A DNA stretch of 64,000 bases from an uncultured delta proteobacterium (GTDB lineage: Bacteria; Desulfobacterota; RBG-13-43-22): assembly GCA_963843145.1 (NCBI GenBank), contig CAWJJC010000003.1, forward strand, positions 32,001 through 96,000. The letters run 5' to 3'. Position 1 is the first letter of the stretch. Every line of letters starts with the position of its first letter. The position numbers and the translations under genes were made by a program. Under the pieces are notes generated by a model that saw only the letters and a program-made list of their open reading frames with translations, made no database searches and was not told where the DNA came from. Positions 17,539-25,630 of this stretch are shown one piece after another.

Positions 17539-20500
17539 ATAGCGTCACCCGATTGGACTCCAGGGCCTCCCGCTCGTGGCGGCCCTGGTAAACGGCGCCG
17601 CTCCAGCCGTCGATGGAAATGAAGTCTCCCCCGGTGATGGTTTGGCCGTCCACGGTGCTGTAGCCTTTGGTTTCGTAGACGCTTAATTTAGTGAACCCCA
17701 CCACGCCGACCTTGTTGAGTTGGGGGATGGTGACCGCGGCATGGGAGGTGCTGCCCCCCCTGGCCGTCAGGAGCCCCTCCACCTGAAGCAAAACTCCCAC
17801 ATCGTCGGGTACGGAATCGGGACGAATCAGGATCAACGGCGTATCCGGTTCGCTTTCCCGGTACTGCCGGATCTCCTCCTCGGAATAGACCGCCCGGCCC
17901 GCCAGCGCCCCTCCGCTCACCCCGATGCCGTTTCCCAGCAGACTTTTTTTCAAGGCCGGGGAATCCTTAAAAATGGGCAGCTTGGTGGTTTCCCGCTGGA
18001 CCATTTCCCGGGTCTGGAGGATATGGAGGCCCTCCCGGGTGGCCTGCTCAAAGGTAAATTCGATCTCCTGGTGATTGAACCGTTTCTCATAGATCAGGAT
18101 TTCACAGAGACGAAGCAGTTGCCCAAATATTTCGGGAAAATTGGCCTCCAGGGAAATGGCCGTGTCCTTCCGTTCGTTCAACCGTTGTTTCTCCGAAATG
18201 GGATAGGTGGCGACCAGGCCGGAGACTATGTCGTCTCCCTGAACCCCGAAAATGAAGTCGCCGTACAAATTGATGCCGGGGGCGGAGCTTTTCGGGTCCC
18301 GGGTGAAGATCACCCCCGACCCGGATTGGCTGTTCAGGTTGCCAAAAATCATGGTTTGGACAATGACCGCCGTTCCCCACTCATCGGAGAGGTGCATCTG
18401 ACGGCGGTAAATGCGGGCCTGCTCGGAATTCCAGGAATCGATGACCCGAAGAATGGCGTCCTGGAGCTGGTCCCAGGGACGTTCGGGCACCTCCAAACCC
18501 TTATCCTCCAAGGCCCTTTTATAGGCTAGCGCAACCAGCCGCATCTGGTCCGGAGAGAACTGGATCTTACGGCTGACCCCGTAGCGTTGTTTGAAGGTGT
18601 CGATCAGGGAATCAAAAAAATTCCGATCCAGGCCCCGCAGCATCCCGTAGCTCTGCAGGTAGCGCCGGTAGGAATCCCAGGCCGCCCAGGAGAATCCTTT
18701 TTTTTGACTGAGTCCCTCGGCAATCCTTTCGTTGATGCCCACGTTCAAGATCGATTGCATCATGCCCGGCAGCGAGATAGTGGCGCCGCTGCGGACGCTT
18801 AACAGCAGCGGATTCTTGAGGTCTCCGAAATGGCGTCCGACCATCCTTTCCAGGTGCCGGATCTCCCGGAGGATGCGGACGTTCAGATCATCCATGATGT
18901 ACTGGTAGCCCAGCAGGGCTTCAATCCGGCGGAAGACCTCGGTAGTCAGCACAAAACCGGGGGGCACGGGGAACCCCATGGAAGCCAATTCCTTGAGAAA
19001 GTAACCCTTGTTGCCGAGGCGGATCTGGTTGTCTAATTTTTTATCGCGCCGGTACAGGGGGGTGATGGCGGTCTCCGGTTCATAGGCCATGACCAGGGTC
19101 AAAATCTGCTTGTTCTCTTTAAATTTTTCCAGTTCGGCCTGCAGGGTGCGCAGGATACGGTTGATGAAATTATCCAGCACCTGGAGGCCGAAGGCCGACG
19201 AGATGGCCATGCGGATAAAATTCTCGGAGAGTTGATAAAAGAGTTCTTCCTCCCGACCGGAGGCCCGCCCTCCCAACGTGGAGCCGTCCTCCTTCGAAAT
19301 TTGAGCAATGATCAGCGGCAGGTTGGGCTGGTGCACCTCGATGTAATATTCCCGAATAATGTCCTGAATGCCTTTGGAGATGAACTGGAAGATGTCGATA
19401 TACTGGTCGATGGAGAATTGTTTAATTTCCAGGGCGTGGCTGACATACTTCATCTTGGCTGAAAGTCCCTCAACGGCCACCCCTTCCAGGTCGAGGGCCT
19501 TGATATAGAGCCAGAGGTAGCGGTGGATGCGCACCAAGGTGCTTTTGGTGATGAATTTCAGATTAAGGGACTGGATCAGTTCTTCAAAGAGGAGCGTGGC
19601 CAGACTTTCCAGGCGCAGGGAAAGCCCCAGGGCTTCAAATTTCTTTTCCCGATAGGTGCCGTACATGGAGGGGATGCCGGCGGCAATATGGCGCTTGCGG
19701 TAGATGTTCTCCACGTACTCGCTTTTCTCGGGAGAGAGGATTACTTCCTTTAGTTGGACAAGAAAGTCCAGAATGACGGCCAGGCTCTTGTCCTGTTTCT
19801 TTTTTTGGAGATGGCGACGGAGGTCCCGGACTTTCGTCGCCTCAAAGAGGTAGGAGGTCTCCAGGTCCTTAAGGAGGTCAATATGCTGCGGGTTGTATTT
19901 CTTATAGAGCAGTTGATAGAAACGGATGAGCAGCCTGGCCCGTTCCCGGTCCTGCTCCGGGGTTTCGGTCACTCCCTGGATCTCTTTGGCTATTCGAGGA
20001 CCGTCCCAATTCAGGAAACCTTGGGGATCGGAGCGCACCTTTTCCAGCAGCGTGCGGAAGATCGTCTGCAGCCCTCGTGTCTTCCGGGCGCCTTCGGGGG
20101 TCTGGGCATAAACCTCCTCCGGAAGATGAGCCCGGAGGAAGGATTTTTTCCCGGTGGCCCAATAACGAAAAGCGTCCTCGAGGAAGGAGACCAATAGGCT
20201 ATTGCTCTCCACATGCGATTGTTTGCGGAGGAAATGGACGACCGGGTCCTGCCGGAAGGCAATCTCGTCCACCTCGGTGGATATCTCTCGCAGCTCCCCT
20301 TCCGCTCCGATTTCGCTGTAGTAGATGGGGAACAACCGCAGGAGTTGTTTGACCAGATTGAAAGCCGGGCCGATAGAGGTGTTGAGCAGGGCCGAGATGT
20401 TCTTCTGGAGCAGGTCCGTATCTCGGATGAAGACCCCTCCCAACTTCAGGTTGATGATCAGCGCCGAGAGCAGCCTCCGGGTCCATCTCGGTTTCAGAGC

Positions 20501-21754
20501 GATGATTTCCAGCCAGGAGCGGATATTCTCGATATGGGCCGGGTTGACCCGGATCTGCCAGTCCGCATTGGCGCCGGCGAGCTGCGGATGCTGAAACCCG
20601 AAGGCGATCAGCTCATCGATAAAGGTGTCCGCCAGCGGGTGATAGTTCAATTTGAAGACTTCTCGGGCCACGGTGGTAATGCAATTCAGGACGGTGCTGC
20701 GGTACTGAAAACAAGTTGCACATTTCTTTAGGAGCTGGAATACGTTTCGGACAAAATCGGTCAGATTCTCCGGCGTCTTCTCCCGAAACACCAGGGCCAG
20801 ACAGCGGTTGATCTCGATCAGCGTCCGGCCGTGGATATCGGCCAGGGCCGGGACGTTGATGATGTGAAAGAGAAAATCCAGCTTGATCAGGTACTCCCGA
20901 CCGGCATAGAGGCCGGACCGTTCCAGTTCGTCGGCCACCAATAGATAGCCTTCGACAATCTGGGCGTAATCGGGCCGGGTCAGGTAGCCTTCCGTTCCCG
21001 CACCGGCCTCCGGCCCGGGCCTTTCCGGCAGCGACTTTAGCTCCTCCCGCAGGGCGGCCAGCGATCGATGGGTCAGAGGCTTGACGATGGCATCGTAGCC
21101 GAAAAGGGCGGAAGCCTCCTCCCCCTCCCGGTTGAACCAATCCCGGGGATCGGGTTGTTCCAGCCAGAAAGAATATGTCGCCTGGAAGACCTGACGAAGA
21201 AATTGACCCAGGGGGAGGCCGTCGAACGAAAACGACTGCTCTCGAGCCGCCTGAAGGAGCTTTTTCCCATAGGTCGAACCTTTCCGGAAAAGGAAAGCCT
21301 CCTCTCGGGATAAATCAAGAAGGTTGTCGAGGAGGCCGGGGAAAAGGGTTCGATTCCGTTCGATCAATCCGCCGCTCTTGGACAGGATCAGGTCCAGAAA
21401 ATCAAAGAGGTATCGGAGGGCTGTTTCCCGGGTTTCTTCTCCGGCGCGGGAACGGATCACCTCGAGGTAAATCCCGACAAAAGTCTCCAACGCTTCCAGC
21501 CCTTTTTCATGGCGGTTAAAGTCATGGAGGTCGCCCAGGGAGAGGGTGCGGAGTTGCTTCAAGACGATCTCCCAGTTCACGAAGGGATGATTCATTTCCG
21601 TCAGGAGTTCCTGGGTCCGCTTGAAAACACCGTAGTGCTCCCGGGTAATGTCGAGCAGGACCCGGTATTTTTCGGGTATTTCCACCGTGGCGGCGGTTCG
21701 TTCCAGATTGGCCTGCAGGGCGGTGGAGACGAAGGTGGTTTCTGTATCTTTCAT
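17537..21754 (-). CDS. Large PPDK-related phosphotransferase: ~900-aa unknown N-terminal region, nucleotide-binding domain and phospho-His domain, no pyruvate-binding barrel
   Basis: LGNKG, PVPPGFVLTT, PLLLSVRSGATISLPGMM, QTMIFGN..SGSGVIFTRDP, QGDDIVSG, EIEFT, LQTR, GLLTARGGSTSHAAV. The protein ends about 60 aa after the catalytic His. Confidence 0.85.
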   Translation of the reverse strand: MKDTETTFVSTALQANLERTAATVEIPEKYRVLLDITREHYGVFKRTQELLTEMNHPFVNWEIVLKQLRTLSLGDLHDFNRHEKGLEALETFVGIYLEVIRSRAGEETRETALRYLFDFLDLILSKSGGLIERNRTLFPGLLDNLLDLSREEAFLFRKGSTYGKKLLQAAREQSFSFDGLPLGQFLRQVFQATYSFWLEQPDPRDWFNREGEEASALFGYDAIVKPLTHRSLAALREELKSLPERPGPEAGAGTEGYLTRPDYAQIVEGYLLVADELERSGLYAGREYLIKLDFLFHIINVPALADIHGRTLIEINRCLALVFREKTPENLTDFVRNVFQLLKKCATCFQYRSTVLNCITTVAREVFKLNYHPLADTFIDELIAFGFQHPQLAGANADWQIRVNPAHIENIRSWLEIIALKPRWTRRLLSALIINLKLGGVFIRDTDLLQKNISALLNTSIGPAFNLVKQLLRLFPIYYSEIGAEGELREISTEVDEIAFRQDPVVHFLRKQSHVESNSLLVSFLEDAFRYWATGKKSFLRAHLPEEVYAQTPEGARKTRGLQTIFRTLLEKVRSDPQGFLNWDGPRIAKEIQGVTETPEQDRERARLLIRFYQLLYKKYNPQHIDLLKDLETSYLFEATKVRDLRRHLQKKKQDKSLAVILDFLVQLKEVILSPEKSEYVENIYRKRHIAAGIPSMYGTYREKKFEALGLSLRLESLATLLFEELIQSLNLKFITKSTLVRIHRYLWLYIKALDLEGVAVEGLSAKMKYVSHALEIKQFSIDQYIDIFQFISKGIQDIIREYYIEVHQPNLPLIIAQISKEDGSTLGGRASGREEELFYQLSENFIRMAISSAFGLQVLDNFINRILRTLQAELEKFKENKQILTLVMAYEPETAITPLYRRDKKLDNQIRLGNKGYFLKELASMGFPVPPGFVLTTEVFRRIEALLGYQYIMDDLNVRILREIRHLERMVGRHFGDLKNPLLLSVRSGATISLPGMMQSILNVGINERIAEGLSQKKGFSWAAWDSYRRYLQSYGMLRGLDRNFFDSLIDTFKQRYGVSRKIQFSPDQMRLVALAYKRALEDKGLEVPERPWDQLQDAILRVIDSWNSEQARIYRRQMHLSDEWGTAVIVQTMIFGNLNSQSGSGVIFTRDPKSSAPGINLYGDFIFGVQGDDIVSGLVATYPISEKQRLNERKDTAISLEANFPEIFGQLLRLCEILIYEKRFNHQEIEFTFEQATREGLHILQTREMVQRETTKLPIFKDSPALKKSLLGNGIGVSGGALAGRAVYSEEEIRQYRESEPDTPLILIRPDSVPDDVGVLLQVEGLLTARGGSTSHAAVTIPQLNKVGVVGFTKLSVYETKGYSTVDGQTITGGDFISIDGWSGAVYQGRHEREALESNRVTL

Positions 21755-21770
21755 AAGTTTAGGCTATTTT

Positions 21771-21976
21771 TTTTTGCCGCAGACCCACGCGGACAAGGCA
21801 GACCATTTTTTTGCCCGGAGGACTTCTCCGGGCAAAACCCGCCATCGCTTTCGCGAGTCAAACGCATTCCATTAATAATTCCGTCCTGGTCACAATCGGT
21901 TTTATTGCCCGAAGGGCCGGACGGAAGCCTGGCGGCAGGTCGCCGCCAGGCTGTCTGCGCAAGTCGGCGGCAAAAA
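21771..21976. repeat. ~205-bp structured MITE/REP-like element
   Basis: Terminal IR tttttgccgcagac / gtcggcggcaaaaa; internal hairpins ttttgcccggag-gactt-ctccgggcaaaa and agcctggcgg...cgccaggct. Confidence 0.6.
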
Positions 21977-21994
21977 GGGGTTTGCCTTATCCAG

Positions 21995-22993
21995 CTATTT
22001 CATAATGAAGGACAAGAGCTCCAGCATTCGGTTGGAAAAGCCCCATTCATTGTCATACCAGGAGAGGACCTTGACCAGGGTGCCGCCGATCACGCTGGTG
22101 TTGGGCAGGTCCACGATCGAGGAATGCGGGTCCCCGTTGAAATCCAGGGACACCAATTCTTCTTCGGAACAGCGAAGGATGCCCTTCAGCGGGCCGTCGG
22201 CGTACTCCCTGAACTTGGAATTGACTTCGTCCTTGCTGGTGGCTCGGGATAAGGTGGCCACGAAATCGACCAGGGAGACGTTCGGTACGGGTACCCTGAC
22301 GGACAGGCCGTCCAATTTCCCTTTCATCTCCGGGATGACTTCCGCGATCGCTTTGGCCGCTCCGGTGGTGGTGGGGATCATGGACAGGGCGGCCGCCCGG
22401 GACCGGCGCAGATCCTTGTGCGGCTCGTCCTGGATGACCTGATCGTTGGTATAGGCATGGATCGTGGTCATCAGGCCGTATTCCACCCCGAATTCCCTCT
22501 GCAGGATCTTGACCACCGGAGCCAGGCAGTTGGTGGTGCAGGAGCCCATGGAGATGACGTGGTGTTTGGTTTTGTCGTACTGCTCCGGGTTAATTCCAAA
22601 GACGACCGTAACGTCCGGGTTTTTGGCCGGCGCGGAAATGACCACTTTTTTTGCCCCGGCCAGGAGGTGCCTTTCGGCGCCCGCCCGGTCGGTAAATTTG
22701 CCGGTGCTCTCCAGGACCACATCGACCTCCAGGGCTTTCCAGGGCAGGGACGCCGGATCCTTCATAGCGAAGGCCTTGATTTCCTTTCCGTCCACCCAAA
22801 TGGCGTTTTCTCCGGCCTTGACTTCCGCCTGCAGGACCCCATGGACTGAATCGTATTTCAGCAGATGGGCCATTGTCCGGGCATCGGCCAGATCATTGAC
22901 GGCCACGAATTCAACCGCGTTGCTCCTGAAACCCGCCCGAAATACCAGCCTCCCGATCCTCCCAAAACCATTTATAGCGACCTTAATGGACAT
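21995..22993 (-). CDS. gap: Type I glyceraldehyde-3-phosphate dehydrogenase
   Basis: VAINGFGRIGR, LKYDSVHG, ESTGKF, SCTTNCLAP, TTIHAYTNDQ, WYDNEWGFS. Confidence 0.98.
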   Translation of the reverse strand: MSIKVAINGFGRIGRLVFRAGFRSNAVEFVAVNDLADARTMAHLLKYDSVHGVLQAEVKAGENAIWVDGKEIKAFAMKDPASLPWKALEVDVVLESTGKFTDRAGAERHLLAGAKKVVISAPAKNPDVTVVFGINPEQYDKTKHHVISMGSCTTNCLAPVVKILQREFGVEYGLMTTIHAYTNDQVIQDEPHKDLRRSRAAALSMIPTTTGAAKAIAEVIPEMKGKLDGLSVRVPVPNVSLVDFVATLSRATSKDEVNSKFREYADGPLKGILRCSEEELVSLDFNGDPHSSIVDLPNTSVIGGTLVKVLSWYDNEWGFSNRMLELLSFIMK

Positions 22994-23051
22994 GATTATT
23001 TCCTCTTTCTGAAAAGGGTTAGGGGACTATGGAAATTGAGAACTTAGTGAA

Positions 23052-23080
23052 ATGCTATCCGAAAGAAGGGGGCTTGTCAA
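23052..23080 (-). promoter_or_regulatory. Sigma-70-type promoter for gap
   Basis: Minus strand TTGACA-N17-TAGCAT. Confidence 0.6.
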
Positions 23081-23182
23081 CTTATTGCGCCGGGGTTCAG
23101 GGACCCCGGTATGCGGGAAGCACCTTTTATGTCAATACGTTGGAGGGAAAAGGCCGGGGAGACTATTTTACATATTAACGTC

Positions 23183-23269
23183 GAACATTGAACATCGAAC
23201 GTCCAACCTCGAATGAAATACAAACCCCCCGTTCAAAATTCGATGTTGGGCGTTCGATGTTCAATGTTC
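23183..23269. repeat. Intergenic palindrome of ~7-nt units (gaacatt/gaacatc/gaacgtc)
   Basis: 32-bp arms at 23183-23214 and 23238-23269 with 2 mismatches. Partial copies lie near 47931-47956 and 34341. Confidence 0.85.
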
Positions 23270-23306
23270 ATCCTTTTCAGTTATCCTCCCCCACCTTGTC
23301 TGCGGG

Positions 23307-24608
23307 TTATTCTTCCTCTTCCTTGGCCTTCAGTTCCTCGGGGATGTACATGATCTCCTCGAAAATTTCCTTGAAGGACATGACCTTGATTCCCAGGTCG
23401 TATTCCTTTCCCAGGTCGCGGACCTGGTCGTAGCAGTTGTGGCAGGGGCAGATGACGATCTTGGCACCGGTGGCCCTGATCTGGTCGGCCTTGGCCTTGC
23501 CGGCTTCCATGCGGCGCCGTTTAAAGGGCGGTCCCATGGGGATGGCTCCGCCGCCGCCCGAGCAACAATAGTTGTAATTCCCGTGGGGATTCATTTCCCG
23601 GAAATCCTCGGCGATGTGGCTGACGATGAACCGGGCCTCGTCGGCCAGGCCGCCGTTCCGGGAGACATTGCACGGGTCCTGAAAGGTAATGGGATCTTTG
23701 ATTTTATGGGTGAACTTCAGCCGCCCTTCGCGGATGTATTCGGCGAAAAGTTTTACGCTGTGGATGACCTCAAAATTATGCTCACGCCCCAACCAGATCG
23801 GCCCTTCAAACTGAACGGCCCGAAGTGCGTGGCCTCACTCGGTGATGACGACGCGCTGGACCTGCAGCTCTTCGGCGGCGTCGCGGATCAGCTTAACAAT
23901 GTAACCGGCGGTCTTCAGGTCACCGGCAAACATGGCCAAGTTGGTGTCGTCCCAACCCATCTTGCTGGGAACGGTCCAGTCCTCTCCGACCACATGAAAG
24001 ACTTTGGCCGCCAATTGGATGTCCTGGGGATAATACTTAGGCTCCCGGGCATTGACGGTATACATGATCTTGGCGCCTTTCTTGTCGATCGGAATGGTAG
24101 CGCCGGGAAGCTCCTCTTGCAATTCCTCCTCCATCCACTTCACGGTTTCCACCCAGTCTTCTTCGGAGACGGCCATCTGGTTGCCGGTCTCGAGATAGTT
24201 CTTGATGGCGGCCTTCAACCCTTCCGGGGCCATGCCCTGGGAGGTCAGAATTCCCCGCAGCGTGGCCACCATGGTGGCCATGTCGATGCCGAAGGGGCAG
24301 AACATGGTGCAGCGGCGACAAATGGTGCAGTCGCCGTAAGCGATGTCATAGATTTCCCGGAGGTATTTTTCGTCCACCTTCCCTTTTTTTTTGACGAATT
24401 CTTTCAGCTTCTGGGCCTTGTAGGAGGGGACCATCTTGGGGTCTTTGTTCTTGGAGACATAAAAATGACAGGTGTCGGCACACAAGCCGCAATGGGCGCA
24501 GATCCGCATCCACATCTTCAGGCGGGCGTTCATCCGGGTGTCGATGGCCTGGCGGATGGACTCGGGATCGATGGTGACTTCGGGATACTTTCGTTGGGCT
24601 TCAGCCAT
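23307..24608 (-). CDS. TmcB/DsrK/HdrD-like Fe-S protein (2x[4Fe-4S] plus CCG domains), probable selenoprotein with Sec at the in-frame TGA 23835-23837; 433 aa
   Basis: The two track ORFs (23835-24608 and 23307-23792) share a frame. The readthrough is VITE-TGA-GHALRAVQFEG, equivalent to GGECGHMWR of DsrK in this window. Other motifs: CAHCGLCADTC, CTICRRCTMFCP, TFQDPCN, YCCSGGGG, CPCHNC. A hairpin follows the TGA. Confidence 0.88.
23798..23834 (-). promoter_or_regulatory. Putative bacterial SECIS element
   Basis: mRNA after the UGA: GGCCACGCACU-UCGGGCC-G-UUCA-GUU-UGAA-G-GGCCGA. The apical loop begins with G about 23 nt downstream of the UGA. Confidence 0.65.
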
Positions 24609-24632
24609 TGGAGTACTCCTCTTGATGACGGG

Positions 24633-25319
24633 TTAAACGGAATAGTTCCTTCGCCCGAATTCGACGCCGATAACCGAGCGGGAAACAAAGAACAGGATCC
24701 AGTGGGACAATTTGGAAAAGGGGACCAGTATCAGCATCAGTTCACCGGTCAGGATGTGGAGGGTAGTGGTATACTGCCCATAGAAGGGTAGCACCGAGGT
24801 CGTCCAGGCGTATACGCTGCCGTCCGGGTGGGTGTTGATGTATCCGGTGATGAAAGGCAGGGCGCAAACGATTAAAAGCAGATAATCCGAGGCGGTGGTG
24901 ATGATCCGGACTTCAGCCAGAACTATTCGTCGCACGATAAAGAAAAGGGTGATGGCGATCAAGGTCAGGGTCATCCAATCCGCCCAGTTGTCCGGCATTT
25001 GCCACCAACTCCAGCCAAAGCGGCTTTCCTGCCAGAGCGTGACATGGGCGCTGAAGAAGATAGGAACGGCCAGGAGACAAATATGAAAGACATATCCCAG
25101 AATGGTAAAGACGGGGGTTTTTTTAAGGTCCACATTTAAGGGGAGTAACCAACGCAGGATGGAAAGACTCATCCATTTAAAACTGAAATAACGATAAACG
25201 GGTTTGTCTTTTTTGGTACTCAGGGTGATGAAAAAAAGTAAGCGCAAGGCGCTTCCGACCAGGAAGGTTAGAAAGGCGATCCATAACAGGGGTCCTTCGA
25301 CAAAAGAAGTAAACGTCAT
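24633..25319 (-). CDS. NarI/TmcC/DsrM-like membrane cytochrome b subunit
   Basis: Five TM segments, FVEGPLLWIAF N-terminus, candidate heme His residues (VFHICL, SAH, TLHIL, KLSH), PFSKLSH motif; directly upstream of the TmcB-like gene. Confidence 0.85.
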   Translation of the reverse strand: MTFTSFVEGPLLWIAFLTFLVGSALRLLFFITLSTKKDKPVYRYFSFKWMSLSILRWLLPLNVDLKKTPVFTILGYVFHICLLAVPIFFSAHVTLWQESRFGWSWWQMPDNWADWMTLTLIAITLFFIVRRIVLAEVRIITTASDYLLLIVCALPFITGYINTHPDGSVYAWTTSVLPFYGQYTTTLHILTGELMLILVPFSKLSHWILFFVSRSVIGVEFGRRNYSV

Positions 25320-25630
25320 GACGACCTCCTTGAGATACAGAGATGGGTTTTTGAAGGGCTTAATTATTCACTATAACACAAGGCCCTATTTTCTTACTGA
25401 AAATAATATCCCCTGTCAATAAGTAATCTCTTCGGATGAAAAGAATATATTCGCCAGGGAAAATATTAGTCAAAATAAATTAGTTAGTTATGGAATGCAT
25501 GGGTTATTGACGGGCAGGGCCTGATCTCGGATTGCCAGGGGGTAATCCCGGAATCAGGGGACTATGTGAAATTTAGAACAATATTCTCTTTCGAGTAGCG
25601 GATTTAAAACGAAAATTCAATTACCCTGGG

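Noticed and set aside
23307-24608. Treating the two track ORFs as separate genes or as a frameshifted pseudogene
   Set aside because: They are in the same frame and separated only by a TGA at a conserved Cys position with a SECIS-like hairpin, so selenocysteine recoding explains it better.
23439-24791. 450-aa plus-strand ORF
   Set aside because: Antisense shadow of the TmcB/TmcC-like genes, with no motifs of its own.
25563-25582. Possible Rex operator (atgtgaaatttagaacaa) upstream of the TmcC-like gene
   Set aside because: The right half departs too far from TTCACAA to call without a position-weight-matrix scan.
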